A stretch of 64,000 bases of DNA. Source: Vulcanimicrobiota bacterium (GTDB taxonomy: Bacteria > Vulcanimicrobiota > Vulcanimicrobiia > Vulcanimicrobiales > Vulcanimicrobiaceae). The stretch spans positions 640,001 through 704,000 of the forward strand of contig CAVRQT010000002.1 of NCBI GenBank assembly GCA_963723515.1. Reading direction: 5' to 3'. How positions within the stretch are numbered: the stretch's first letter is position 1; each line of letters starts with the position of its first letter. The notes under the pieces were generated by a model, which did not search any database, was not told the DNA's origin, and saw only the letters and a program-made list of their open reading frames with translations. Of this stretch, positions 1 through 11,280 are shown piece by piece. A program made the position numbers and the translations under genes.

Positions 1-1
1 C

Positions 2-3000
2 CTTGCCCAGCCGTTGGAGCGGTTGCGCGGCGTCATTCGCATCTTTGACGGAGGCTTGTCGGCCCGTTCGCTCGGCGCGACGCTGGCGGGTATGCCGCTC
101 AAAGTCGCGGGCGGCATTTACGATTTCTCCGATCCGCAATTCTACTTCGGCGTTCAAGGCACAGCCGGACTCGATCGGCTGAAATCCTTGCTGCCGGTCG
201 CCGCACATTATCCAGTCACGGGCAGCACGCGGCTGCGGACGCTGATCGAAGGCCCGGTAGCCGGCCCGCTCGTTTTGATCGGCTTCTCATCGGCCTTAGC
301 GCGGTATCAAGGCATTCCCGTGCACGACGTGAGCGGCGTCGCGGCGCTCTACAACAACGCAGTTTCCATTCTGCCGCTGCGCGCGCATTACGGCGGCGTT
401 GACGTGAACGCGCACGGGCAAGTGCTCCTTGGCAAGTCTGTGAACTCTCAAGTCGCGCTTCACTTCTCAACGAACTCGAACGACGTGCCATATTTGGGCT
501 CGTTAGCGCCGCACACACCGATTGTCGGCGACGCGATCCTGCGTGGCAGCGACCAATATATCGGCGCCGACGGCTACCTCGCGAACGCGCAGCGTGCAAC
601 GGCGCTTAGCGCTTTCTACAACGTGACCCCGCGCGGGTACAGCACCTTCGGACCGATTGCCATCGCAACCGGGAGAGGGACGCTCTACGGCGCACTCGTC
701 GTCGATCGTCCACGCGGCGACAGCGCCTTCTGGATCTCCGCGGATCATTTTCCGCTCTCGTTGGCCAGTGCGGCGGTGCTGCCGGGCGTGCCGCTCCCGA
801 CGTTGCCGCCGCTGCAAGGCGGAATCGACACCGCGAATATTGCGGGCGGCGGAAGCCAGAAAAACGTCGTTTTGGCCGGGCACATTCTTGCGCGAGACGC
901 GCAGGTACAGGGCGTTCCAATCGATACGCTCGACGCGTCGCTTGCGGGTCCGCTTGCGAACCTCGCAATCTCTCACATCCTGGTCCATGCACCATGGGGT
1001 CGCTTTGACGGCAACGGCGGCTATGCGCCAAACGGTTTGATCGCGCGCGGTACGTTTGACGGCCGTCTCGAATCGTTGGCGCGGTTTGTGCCGGTCGGAA
1101 ACGCAAGCGGAGCCGCTCACGGAACCGTTGCGCTTGCCGTCGGCGGAAAAGGCATTACGGTGCAAGCGCAAGACCTGCGCTTGAGCGGCGCGCAGATTCG
1201 CGGCCTTCCAATTGAAGCGGCGAACGGAACGCTCGCAATCAACGGCAATGCCGTGCACGTGTACTCTGCAACCGCGACTGTCGGCGGAGCCCAAACCGTT
1301 GCCGCCGGTTCATTTGGAAACGGCGGGCAGTTAGCGGTCGAAGCGATCGACGCCGGCTCGCAAACCGCCGCAGCGCTCGGTCTTCCTTTACAAGCGGGAC
1401 ATGTCTCGGTTGCCGGAACCGTCGGCGGCACGATGTCATCTCCTACCTTCAACGGCGGCGTTGCGCTCAGCGGCGGCCGAGTTGCCGGATATCCGCTTTC
1501 AGGGACCTCGGAAGTGAACTTCAACGGCGATGCCGTGCAGTTATCCGATGCGACGCTCACGACCGCTGGGATGTACGGTGCGGTTGCCGGAACGGTTGGC
1601 GGTATCCGATCGGGATCGCCATCGTACGATTTGAATGCAAACGTGCCCGCCGGTGACATTGCAAGCATTGCGCAAGCGTTGCATCTGCCGACATACGGAA
1701 CGACCGGCAGTTTTGGGGCCAACGTTCACGTCGGCGGACAGGGCGCCGCTCCGAACGTGCAGGGGCCATTTACAGTGGCCGCCGGTCAAATCAACGGTTT
1801 GAATTTCTTGAACGCGGCGGCGCTCTTGAGCGCGAGCCCATTCGGCGTTTCAGTGGAAGGCGGCCATGTCGACGTCGGGTCGACGTCGGCGCAATTTAAC
1901 GCTTCTGTCGCAGCGGGACGCAGTTACGTTTCCTTAAATGCACCGCACGCCGACCTCTCGGACTTCAACGACTACTTCGATACGGGCGACACGCTCGCCG
2001 GAAAAGGAAGCGTCGCGGTCGCCTTCACGCACACGCAGAGCGCGATCTCGAGTTCCGGAGATCTCAACGTTCGAGATTTCCGGTACCGGCGTTTGCCGAT
2101 AGGCGATACGCAAGCGCATTGGTCGAGCCACAATGACGTCGCCCGCGGAAACGTTCGCGTCGGCGGTGAGCATGGAATCCTCTCCGCCGCCGGTAGCGTG
2201 GCGCTGGCGCCGGCGACATCCGGTATTCGGCAGATCGTCGCCGATTCGCGCTACAATCTCTCGGCGCACCTGCGCTCCTTAGATCTTGGAACGTGGCTAG
2301 CCGCGCTCGGCTATCCGACGCTGCCGGTTACCGGGCGTGTCGACGGCGACGCGTTCTTTAGCGGACGCTATCCGGCGCTCAGTCTGCGCACGACGGCGGA
2401 CTTGCACAACGGAACGGTCGGGCGGGTGCCGATCGATCGGCTGCAACTAGCCGCGCACGCCGCCGGTCCCCGGATCGCGATTTCTGCGAATTCAAGCGCA
2501 AATTCCAGCGCTGACCGCGAGCGGATCAGGCACTTTCGGTCTCGGGTCGCGCGACCCGATCGCGTTCGACATGAATGCGAGCAGCTCGAACATTCCGATG
2601 TTCTTGGCGAACTTTACCCATGCGTCCGTACCGGTATCGGGCGCACTCGAAACGACGCTTCGCGTCCGCGGCACTTTCGCGAAACCGTCGATGACGGCGG
2701 GCATCGATTTTACGAAAGGCACGATTCGCGGCGTCGTGATTCCGCAGCTCGTGGCCGAAGTTTTTTATGCCGGGCGAGACATTCAATTGCGCAGCGCCGA
2801 GCTCACGCTGCAAAAAGGACAGATCACGATCGCGGGCGCGTTGCCATTTGAGATTTCACCTTTGCAAATCGGTCCGCCGAACGCACCTTTCGCAATGGAT
2901 TTCTTTTCGCGCGGCGTTGACGTCAGCGACTTTCAATCGCTCTTCCCAGCGGGCACGAAGGTCAGCGGTCTGATTGACGGCCGCGTCGGCGTGAACGGAG

Positions 3001-4421
3001 AAGTTGCGCGCCCGCAAATTCGAGGCGGTCTCCGGCTACAGAACGGCAGCTACGTCAGCGACTTCGAAACGATACCGGTCACGCATACCGTCGGCGACTT
3101 GACGTTTGCATCGACGAGCGCGACGCTCACCGGCGTGCACGCGCAAGTGGGAAGCGGGACGCTGGACGCAAGTGGACGGCTCAGCTTTGCGGGCGCTCCG
3201 CAACGGCCCGTCGAGTATTCGCTCGATGCTGCAACAAAACGTGCGGGCTTGCGTTTTCCGGCGTACGGGTCGGGAACCGTCGACTCGAACGTGCATCTCG
3301 TGAAGACGACCGGGCTCGCGAAAGTTTCGGGCGCCGCGAGCGTGAGTGATGCGGTCATTCCGTTCGCGACGTTGATTCGTGGTGGGGGCGGCGGCAGCAG
3401 CGAGCTTGGGGATGGCGGTGCGGATACCGGCGCGGACACTGCGGCGGCGGTCAGCGGCCTGCCGTTCAACCTCGCCTTTAACGACTTTCACGTCACGGCC
3501 GGAAAGAACGTCGCCGTACGCGCGAACGCGCTCGGCTTTGGAGTCGATATCGGTGCGCGCGGCAATGCGATCTTAGGCGGGACGCTTGCGCAGCCGACTC
3601 TTGACGGCCGATTTGACGCATCGGGCGGTACGCTCACCTTCGTCGATCACGCGTTTAAGATTCGCGAAGGCAACGTCGTCTTCAATCCGCGCAACGGCAT
3701 CGTCCCGGAACTCTACGCGGTTGGAACAACGCACGTTTTGAACCCCGATCCGAATGGCGCTCGCAATCCCTCGGGCTCCGCGGACATCACGATTACCGTG
3801 ACGGGTCCAGCCACAAGTCCGCAACTGGCGTTCAATTCCAATCCGCCCGGTTATTCACGCGATCAGATCATCGGCATGTTGACGCCGCTCGGGGCCGTGA
3901 CCGGCATCCAATTCGACGAGTTCGGCAATCCCGTCCCTGAAGGACAGCTTGCCGGCGCGCCCCCGCCGGGCAACGCACAACCGCTGCCGCCGGGCGCTGT
4001 CTTGCGCACGAACGGTCAGATCACTGTTGGTCAGGAAGCGTTCAACATTCTGAACGCGCAATTCGCGCGCAGTTTGTTCACGCCGGTGGAAAACGTTCTG
4101 GGAAGTGGACTCGGGCTCTCCGACGTCAACGTCACGCTCGATTACTCGGGCGCCGTCGGCCTGAACTTCCGCAAGCCGATTTCTGAAAAGTTTTACGCCG
4201 TCTATGCGACGACGTTCGGCTATCCGTCACGTCAGACGTACGGCTTTGAGTATGAACCAAACGCGTTGACCGCGGCGCAGCTCGCGTTCTTCTCACAACA
4301 GCAGCCGGTCGGGTTCTTCAGCAGCGCCACGGTGATCTCGTCAAACCCGCGGATCACCGCCGGTCAGCCGCTATACGGCTCGAACGGATTCACACTGACG
4401 GTACAACGCCTCTTCTGGTGA
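2..4421 (+). CDS. tamB: Translocation/assembly module TamB (AsmA-like) protein, 5'-partial, with a +1 frameshift near 2485-2490
   Basis: Gly-rich beta-taco-like repeats in ORF 14..2851 turn to nonsense after ...GPRIAISA. The next frame continues IQAQIPALTASGSG into ORF 2571..4421, which has a DUF490-like C-terminus (GTLAQPTLDG, PQLAFNSNPPGYSRDQIIGML). Lies directly upstream of bamA. Confidence 0.85.
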
Positions 4422-4565
4422 GCGCGGCACGCAGAGCGAGCGAGCCAAGAGGTGGCGTTTCCGGGGGCGCGAACCTGCGACCGGACCGAAACAACGTGCG
4501 GTTGACGCGCGTTATGAAGCTGAAACCGTCCGCGAAGTTGTTCGAAGGGAAGAAGGACCACCGGG

Positions 4566-6818
4566 ATGACCTATAGCCTCTGGCCTGCGCCCCGCGCGCT
4601 TGTCCGGTGTGCCGGATGTTTGCTCGCCATAAGCTTGATCGTGGCGCTCCTGCTGCCGCCGGTCGCCGCTGCGCCCGCTCCAACGATTGTCTCCGTTGAC
4701 ATTTCGGGCAACGTGCATGTTCCGACCGACCGGATTCTCGCGGTCGTGCAAGCGCATCCCGGCGAGGCGTACAATCCACGCGTCATTCAGGGCGATTTGC
4801 GCAACATCTTCGCGCTGGGCTACTTCGCACAGGTTGCGCCGCCGCTGATCCGCCAGCGGCCGGGTGGAATTGCCGTCACCTATCGGGTGATCGAAAATCC
4901 GGTCATCACGCGAATCACCTTCACCGGCAACGCACACGTGCCATCAGATTCACTGACGGCACTCATGGACACGTCGGTCGGGCAAGTGCTCAACACGAAC
5001 ACGTTTCATCAAGACGTGTTGAAGGTCAACTCCTATTACGACCGCATCGGCTATGGCGGCCAGGTGCCGACACACGTCAAGGATCTCAATATCGATCCGC
5101 GCACGGGCGCACTCAATCTCGTCATTCAGGAAGGCTTGACCGTCAATCAGGTGCTGATCGGTGGCGATCCGCTGCTTCCGCCGCCGATCATCTTGCCGGT
5201 TCTTTCCGTCAAGTCCGGCACGACGTACTCCGATGACGCGCGCGATAAGGATATTGACGCCGTCAAGAAACTTTACGACAAGTACGATTTGATTCTCGGC
5301 GATTTTGAAGGCGGGATCGATCCGTCCTCAATTGACCTCAAGAACGACACGGCAAACGTGCGTTATGACATCCACGCGGCGAAGGTCGGTGCGATTGAGA
5401 TCACCGGCAATACCCGCACGAAGGATGAAGTGATCCGCCGCGAGCTGCGCCTGCGACCTGGGATGTACATCACGAACACGGGGCTGCGCAGGGATTACGA
5501 GCGTCTTCAGGCGACGCAATTTTTCTCTAAGGTCGATCCGCAAGTCAAGCCGGGTCCTGATCCCAAGAATCCGGCTGTCGTCACGATCGACTGGAATGTC
5601 ACCGAGCAGCGCACGGGTACGGCGACGATCGGCGCCGGCTATACCGGCGGCCTCACCGGTCAAGGTCTTTACGGAACGCTCGCATTTTCAAACAGCAATT
5701 TGAACGGGACGGGTAACGGCGCCTCAATTCAGATCGAGCGGGGTGCGCGCAACTATGTCGCTTCGGCGTCCGTCACGATTCCTTACGTCGGTCACACGCG
5801 GAATTCCCAAAAGTATAGTTTAGGCGCGACCCTCTTCACGAATGGGCAGACGAACTACTATCCAATCTATGGCGTAGCGACCAATCCATTCGCCACGCCG
5901 GCACCCGGCGGCGGAATCGTTCCGGTTCCGGTGACGCTTTTTCCAACCGTTGGTCAAGCGCCGATCTCCGGCGTCAACTCGACAAGCACCGCAAAGTCGG
6001 CTGGTGCCAGCGTTACAGTCGGCAGGCGGTTGACGGATTATGCGCGCGCGAGCGTCGGTGTCTCGGTGCAGCGCGTTTCGACCAACACGACGGTTCCAGT
6101 ACCGTACTTCTTCCAGACCACGCAACCGAACATTCTCGTCGGTCCGACGCCGAATCCGTTCGGCAATCAAAACAACGGCAGCTTCGGTATCAGCGCGCCA
6201 TCGATTGCAAACGTCAACACGGGCATTCCGTATAAGCTGAATACGGTAACGCTCGGACTTTCGACCGATACGCGTGACGACGTCTTCAATCCGCATCGCG
6301 GCGGCACGGGCTCATTCGGCTCGGAAGTCAGTGCACCGGGCATCGGCTCGGACTTCAGGTACAGCAAGAGCACGCTCGATGCGACGCGTTTCTTCCCGTT
6401 TCGAAATGCAATTACGCTGGGGCTGCACGGACAATTAGGCCACTCGACCGGAGCGCTGCCCCCCAATTCGCTCTTCACGTTTTCGGATCAGCAGCTCCGC
6501 GGCTACAACTCAGTCTTTTACGGGACCGATATCATGCTCGGACAGATCGAGGCCCGAAAGCCCGTCTTCGCGGGCGGCAAACTCGTCTTGGCCGCCTTCA
6601 TCGACGAAGGCGCCTTCCGAATCCGTGGCGCTCAGCCGCTTCTGGATCCGTACACGAATCGTATCGTCGGCTATCCCGGTAATTGGACGTATCGCGGGGA
6701 CTTCGGCGTCGGCATACGGTTCGACTTACCGCAGTTGAACCTTCGGACGATTCGCATCGACATCGCGCACGGAGTGAACGGCACGCACACAAGTTTTGGC
6801 ATCGGGCAGAGTTTTTAA
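4566..6818 (+). CDS. bamA: Omp85/BamA outer-membrane protein assembly factor (about 3 POTRA domains plus barrel)
   Basis: Signal peptide; POTRA motifs (IVSVDISGN, ITRITFTGN, IEITGNTRTKDEVIRREL); DTRDDVFNP and LRGY motifs; C-terminal FGIGQSF. Confidence 0.93.
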   Translation: MTYSLWPAPRALVRCAGCLLAISLIVALLLPPVAAAPAPTIVSVDISGNVHVPTDRILAVVQAHPGEAYNPRVIQGDLRNIFALGYFAQVAPPLIRQRPGGIAVTYRVIENPVITRITFTGNAHVPSDSLTALMDTSVGQVLNTNTFHQDVLKVNSYYDRIGYGGQVPTHVKDLNIDPRTGALNLVIQEGLTVNQVLIGGDPLLPPPIILPVLSVKSGTTYSDDARDKDIDAVKKLYDKYDLILGDFEGGIDPSSIDLKNDTANVRYDIHAAKVGAIEITGNTRTKDEVIRRELRLRPGMYITNTGLRRDYERLQATQFFSKVDPQVKPGPDPKNPAVVTIDWNVTEQRTGTATIGAGYTGGLTGQGLYGTLAFSNSNLNGTGNGASIQIERGARNYVASASVTIPYVGHTRNSQKYSLGATLFTNGQTNYYPIYGVATNPFATPAPGGGIVPVPVTLFPTVGQAPISGVNSTSTAKSAGASVTVGRRLTDYARASVGVSVQRVSTNTTVPVPYFFQTTQPNILVGPTPNPFGNQNNGSFGISAPSIANVNTGIPYKLNTVTLGLSTDTRDDVFNPHRGGTGSFGSEVSAPGIGSDFRYSKSTLDATRFFPFRNAITLGLHGQLGHSTGALPPNSLFTFSDQQLRGYNSVFYGTDIMLGQIEARKPVFAGGKLVLAAFIDEGAFRIRGAQPLLDPYTNRIVGYPGNWTYRGDFGVGIRFDLPQLNLRTIRIDIAHGVNGTHTSFGIGQSF

Positions 6819-6819
6819 T

Positions 6820-7623
6820 ATGAAACGGCGGCCGCCGCGCGGGCTGGCTGCGATCTTCATCCTCATCGCTCTCGTTTGCGCTCCACTTGCTCTGGCCGCG
6901 GATCTGAGCGACATCGGCTTTATCGATCAAGCCGCGATTGGAAGTTTGCCGCGTTTCGTTGCGGCGAACCGCGATCTCGCGACATACAAAGGGACGCTTG
7001 ACCGCCAATTCCAGGCACGCATGCGCGGCGCACACTCGCAAGCCGATCAGCAGAGAATCATCGTTGAATTTCAGCAGAAGATGGCACAGCGGCAACGTGC
7101 CGTTTTGGCGCCGCTCTTTCTGCGCGCGCAGACCGCTATAGCGTCGGTCAGTTCGAGTCGCAACCTCTCCGTCGTCGTCGATCGACGGATCGTGATATAC
7201 GGCGGCCAAGACATCACGAAAAGTGTGACGGATCTCTTAGAGAGTCCCGGCGATGTCGCGCCGCCGGTCAGTACGCCGCCGCCCTCCGAAATCGGCTACG
7301 TCGATCAAACGCAGATCGATTCGCTGCCGAACTTTAAGTCGGCGAGCGATCAATTTAACAAATTTGCCGACGACCAGAAGCTGCTTGCGCAGCAGAAGCT
7401 TGGCAAAGTGAAGACCGCTGCCGATCGGCAGCAGGTCCTCAAAGACTATCAGACGGCGGTCAACGGCAAACAAGATGAACTGCTCAAACCGCTCGTCGAT
7501 CATACGAAGCAAGCGATTGCGGATGTCGCCGGGAAGCGCAAACTGATCCTGGTTATCGATCGCGGCGACTTAATTTACGGCGGTACGGACATCACCTCGG
7601 ATGTCCAAAATGAACTCAAGTAA
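6820..7623 (+). CDS. Skp/OmpH-family chaperone with two tandem OmpH domains
   Basis: Signal peptide, then two units of IG(F/Y)(I/V)D...coiled coil...V(V/I)DR..IYGG.DIT joined by a Pro-rich linker. Confidence 0.85.
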   Translation: MKRRPPRGLAAIFILIALVCAPLALAADLSDIGFIDQAAIGSLPRFVAANRDLATYKGTLDRQFQARMRGAHSQADQQRIIVEFQQKMAQRQRAVLAPLFLRAQTAIASVSSSRNLSVVVDRRIVIYGGQDITKSVTDLLESPGDVAPPVSTPPPSEIGYVDQTQIDSLPNFKSASDQFNKFADDQKLLAQQKLGKVKTAADRQQVLKDYQTAVNGKQDELLKPLVDHTKQAIADVAGKRKLILVIDRGDLIYGGTDITSDVQNELK

Positions 7624-8923
7624 AGAGCCGCGCGCCGCGGCCAAAGCCGCGCTGGCCGCCCTCGCGCTGCTGGCGATCGTTGCATGCAGCCGTCAGCCCG
7701 ATGTCAACTCGCCGCAGGTGCGCGGCATCGGTTACGTGCGCCTCGATGATGTCGTTAAGAAGCATCCGCTGTACCCGCAACTCGCACAGATTGACGCCAG
7801 CATCGATGCGCTAAACCTCCGGACGCTCAGCCCAAGCGTGCCGCGCACCGGCGCCGAGATTTCTAGCGAGACGGCCGAACTCAATCGCGAACTCAATGCG
7901 GCTCGAACGCGCGCGAATATGCTCCTGCAACAGAAACAGCGCGACTATGCGGTGCGCGAGCAGCAGGCGATTCGTGCCGCAATCGTCGCCAGCGGGGAAA
8001 ATCCGGGGCGGCCGCCGGCGCAAGCGATGCAGCAGGCTGCAGCGCAGCAAGGTGCCGCTGCGGCGCAGCAAGCGAGTCAAGGTTTTGCGCAATACCAACA
8101 GCAAGTCGTTTCGCAAGATCGCAGCGCCGTGGATGCGCTGTCGCACCAACTCTCTTCGCGGGCCGAGCGCGAATATCGGGCCAAGGCCGATGAACTTACT
8201 GCACGGGAGTCACAAGCATCGCTCGATGCCGCGAACGCCGATTCAGCACAACGCCTCGCGCTGCGCACAAAATTGAACAATCTTGCGCTCGACGACGCGA
8301 CGCGAGCCCAAGTGAAATCTCAACTTGCGGCGCTCGACCGCAAAGAAGCCCAAACCGTTGCCGGGATGCGCGCCCGCGACACCGCGGAACTCGCAGCCTT
8401 TCAAGCCCAACTGCGCAGCCAGACCGCCGCCCAACTGAGCGCGCAAGCAGGCGCGATCCACGCCCAAACCTCGGCGAAGCTCAAGGCGCGCGGCAATGCC
8501 GTCAGCCAGCAGATTTCGACGCAATTGCAGAATGTCGGACCGGCGCCGGGAACGAGCGGTCTCTCGCCGGCGACACGCGCGAAGATCGAGCAGATCGATC
8601 GCGATTACAAGAGCCGCTTTCGCGCCGATGTCGCGAAGACGATCGACGACTTCAATCGAGCGCGCAGCGAACTGGACACGCGCTTTGCAGCGCTTCATGG
8701 CGTCGACGTTGGCGCGCAGGGGACGCTCGGTAAACAACTCGATGCGCTCCACCGCCAACGCGACCAACTGTACAATCAAATCGTCGCGCAGATCCAACGG
8801 CAGATGCAGGGTATTGCCGCTCAGCGCGGTTTGAAGGTCGTCTTCATCAACATCGTCGTTCCGGCGGGTGGAATTGACTTGACCGATGATGCGATCAGAG
8901 CCGTTGAAAGCGTGCATGAGTAG
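7610..8923 (+). CDS. Elongated Skp/OmpH-like predicted lipoprotein
   Basis: Lipobox-like AIVAC; IGYVRLDDV N-terminal strand; long Ala/Gln-rich coiled coil; GGIDLTDD C-terminus. Alternative ATG at 7601. Confidence 0.7.
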   Translation: MNSSKEPRAAAKAALAALALLAIVACSRQPDVNSPQVRGIGYVRLDDVVKKHPLYPQLAQIDASIDALNLRTLSPSVPRTGAEISSETAELNRELNAARTRANMLLQQKQRDYAVREQQAIRAAIVASGENPGRPPAQAMQQAAAQQGAAAAQQASQGFAQYQQQVVSQDRSAVDALSHQLSSRAEREYRAKADELTARESQASLDAANADSAQRLALRTKLNNLALDDATRAQVKSQLAALDRKEAQTVAGMRARDTAELAAFQAQLRSQTAAQLSAQAGAIHAQTSAKLKARGNAVSQQISTQLQNVGPAPGTSGLSPATRAKIEQIDRDYKSRFRADVAKTIDDFNRARSELDTRFAALHGVDVGAQGTLGKQLDALHRQRDQLYNQIVAQIQRQMQGIAAQRGLKVVFINIVVPAGGIDLTDDAIRAVESVHE

Positions 8924-9356
8924 CCCTTCGGCCGTAGGCTTGGCGTTCGCCAAGCATAGGCTCAAGGTGACAGTCTTGTTGACCGCCCTCTTGTTTGTCG
9001 CGTGTTCGCACAAGCAAAGTCCGGTCGGGATCGTCGACACGCAGCGCCTTTCGCAATATTGGCCAAAGTTTCAGAATTACAACAATCAATTGAGCTTCGA
9101 CATGCAGACGATTGACAAGTCGAACGCATCGGCGGACCAGAAGGCGCGTGAGCGGGCGGCATTGCAGCAAAAGTACGGTCAAATTCAAAGCGAGCTAACG
9201 CAGGAAGTGCGCAATGCGGTCACTCAAGTGGCGAAGGTGAAGAATTTTCAGCTCGTTGTGACGCGCCAGTACGTGGGCTATGGCGGGACGGACATCACCT
9301 CCGACGTCGAGCAGATTCTGAAGATCACGGAAACGTCGCCCGCACCGAGCCCCTAA
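8916..9356 (+). CDS. Short Skp/OmpH-like predicted lipoprotein
   Basis: Lipobox-like LFVAC; VGIVDTQ ... LVVTRQYVGYGGTDITSDV. Confidence 0.78.
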   Translation: MSSPSAVGLAFAKHRLKVTVLLTALLFVACSHKQSPVGIVDTQRLSQYWPKFQNYNNQLSFDMQTIDKSNASADQKARERAALQQKYGQIQSELTQEVRNAVTQVAKVKNFQLVVTRQYVGYGGTDITSDVEQILKITETSPAPSP

Positions 9357-9364
9357 GCGCGCAG

Positions 9365-10378
9365 ATGCGCAAGACGCTGGCCGAGTTCGCATCGATTGCC
9401 GGCGGTCGGGTTATCGGTGACGACTCCGTTTCGATCGAGCGCGTGGCCGCAGTCGACGATGCAGGCAGCGATGCGCTGACCTTCGCGACGGATGAAACAT
9501 ACTTAAAGCGTGCACTCGGATCGAATTGCGCCGCCGTCTTGACGGAAGAACAGCTTGCCGCGCTGCTCGATCGTCCCTCTAAACCGCTACTCGTCGTCTC
9601 CGATGTCCGGCGCGCATTGGCAAAACTCTTGCGCGATTTCGAGCGGCCGATTACGCGCGGCCACTTTCGCCATCCGACCGCCGTTCTGGAATCATCTGCA
9701 CAGATCGGCGAAGAGGTCTACGTCGGCGCGCATGTTTACGTGGGAGAACGCGCTAGAATCGGATCTGGCTGCACGCTGCTGCCTGGCGCGGTTGTCGAAA
9801 ACGACGTGCATCTTGGCGAAGACTGCGTTCTTTATCCGCACGCAACGGTGCTCGACGGTTCGCGCATCGGCAAGCGCGTGGTCATCTATGCCGGCGCAGT
9901 CATCGGCAGTGCTGGTTTCGGCTGGGCGTTTGCTGACGGCCGGTTGGAACGCATCCCGCAAGTGGGCAATGTCGTTCTGGAAGATGATGTCGAGATCGGC
10001 GCAAACACCTGCGTCGATCGCGCGCAAACGGGAAGTACGTCGATCGGACGCGGCACGAAGATCGACAATCTGTGTCAGATCGGCCACAACTGCCGAATCG
10101 GAGAACATACCGCGCTTGCCGGTCAATGCGGGCTCGCAGGATCGACGATTATCGGCGATCACGTGCAAGTCGGCGGACAAGTTGGTTTCATCGGTCATTT
10201 GACGGTTGGTTCGCGCGTAAAGATTGGCGGCGGAAGCGTCGTTTGGGGTGACATTGCAGATGATTCGTTTATCAGCGGTCGTCCCGCGCGGCCGCATAAA
10301 GACGAATTGCGGCGGGAGGTCATGGTCCGCAAACTGCCTAAGCTGTTCGCCCGTGTGGACGCGCTTGAACGCAAATAG
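9365..10378 (+). CDS. lpxD: UDP-3-O-acylglucosamine N-acyltransferase
   Basis: Hexapeptide repeats; GFG...IPQVGNV, IGANTCVDR and TKIDNLCQIGHN motifs. Confidence 0.96.
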   Translation: MRKTLAEFASIAGGRVIGDDSVSIERVAAVDDAGSDALTFATDETYLKRALGSNCAAVLTEEQLAALLDRPSKPLLVVSDVRRALAKLLRDFERPITRGHFRHPTAVLESSAQIGEEVYVGAHVYVGERARIGSGCTLLPGAVVENDVHLGEDCVLYPHATVLDGSRIGKRVVIYAGAVIGSAGFGWAFADGRLERIPQVGNVVLEDDVEIGANTCVDRAQTGSTSIGRGTKIDNLCQIGHNCRIGEHTALAGQCGLAGSTIIGDHVQVGGQVGFIGHLTVGSRVKIGGGSVVWGDIADDSFISGRPARPHKDELRREVMVRKLPKLFARVDALERK

Positions 10379-10423
10379 TCCGCCGACGGTGACGCACCGC
10401 AACAGCGGTGCGTTTCTTCTTTT

Positions 10424-11275
10424 GTGAAGACTTTACAGTATCAAGCCACGCTGCGCAGTCCGCTGCGCTTTGAAGGCGTCGGCGTTCACACCGGCGCAAA
10501 GTCGCAGGTCGAAATCATGCCGGCGCCGCCAGGAAGCGGCGTCGAGTTTATCCTTGACGGAAACGTGCGCGTGCCGGCGACGTCCGAACATGTGACGGAA
10601 ACGGCGCGTGCGACGGTGATCGGCCGCAACGGTGCATCCGTTTCGACGATCGAACATCTGATGGCGGCGCTCTTTTCAATGGGCGTGGACAACGCGAGCA
10701 TCCACGTCAGCGGCCCTGAAATTCCCGTCATGGACGGAAGCGCGAAAGCCTTCGCCCAAGAGATCGCTCAATGCGGCGTCGCATCGCAGAACGAAGTGCG
10801 CAGCCGCCTTGTGATCACGGAGCCGCGTTTTTTTCGGGATGGCGACCGAATGCTGGTCATGCTGCCGGCAGCGCATCTGCGGATTCAATTTTTGGCGGAT
10901 TTTCCGCCGCCGGTCGGCACGCAATTCTTCGCCTCGGCGATAACTCCGGAGGTCTTTCTCAACGAAATTGCAGGCGCGCGAACGTTCGCGTACCTGCATG
11001 AAGTTGAAGCCCTGCGCAAGCGCGGCCTCGCGCAAGGCGGAACGCTGGAAAACGCGATCGTCTTCGGTCCCGACGGTCCTTTGGCGCCGCTGCGCTGGCC
11101 GGATGAGGTCGTGCGTCACAAGGTGCTGGATCTGCTGGGCGATCTCTCGCTGATCGGCGCCTATCCGCAGTGCGAGGTGATCGCCGTGAAGAGCGGGCAC
11201 CGGCTGCACTGCATCGCGACGCGCGAACTGCGGCAGATGATCGCGTCGCCGCTGCCCTCTGCGAAAGTGCAGTAG
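10424..11275 (+). CDS. lpxC: UDP-3-O-acyl-GlcNAc deacetylase
   Basis: GVGVHTG, TIEHLMAAL, EIPVMDGS, ARTF, RHKVLDLLGD and SGH motifs. Confidence 0.97.
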   Translation: MKTLQYQATLRSPLRFEGVGVHTGAKSQVEIMPAPPGSGVEFILDGNVRVPATSEHVTETARATVIGRNGASVSTIEHLMAALFSMGVDNASIHVSGPEIPVMDGSAKAFAQEIAQCGVASQNEVRSRLVITEPRFFRDGDRMLVMLPAAHLRIQFLADFPPPVGTQFFASAITPEVFLNEIAGARTFAYLHEVEALRKRGLAQGGTLENAIVFGPDGPLAPLRWPDEVVRHKVLDLLGDLSLIGAYPQCEVIAVKSGHRLHCIATRELRQMIASPLPSAKVQ

Positions 11276-11280
11276 CCGCA

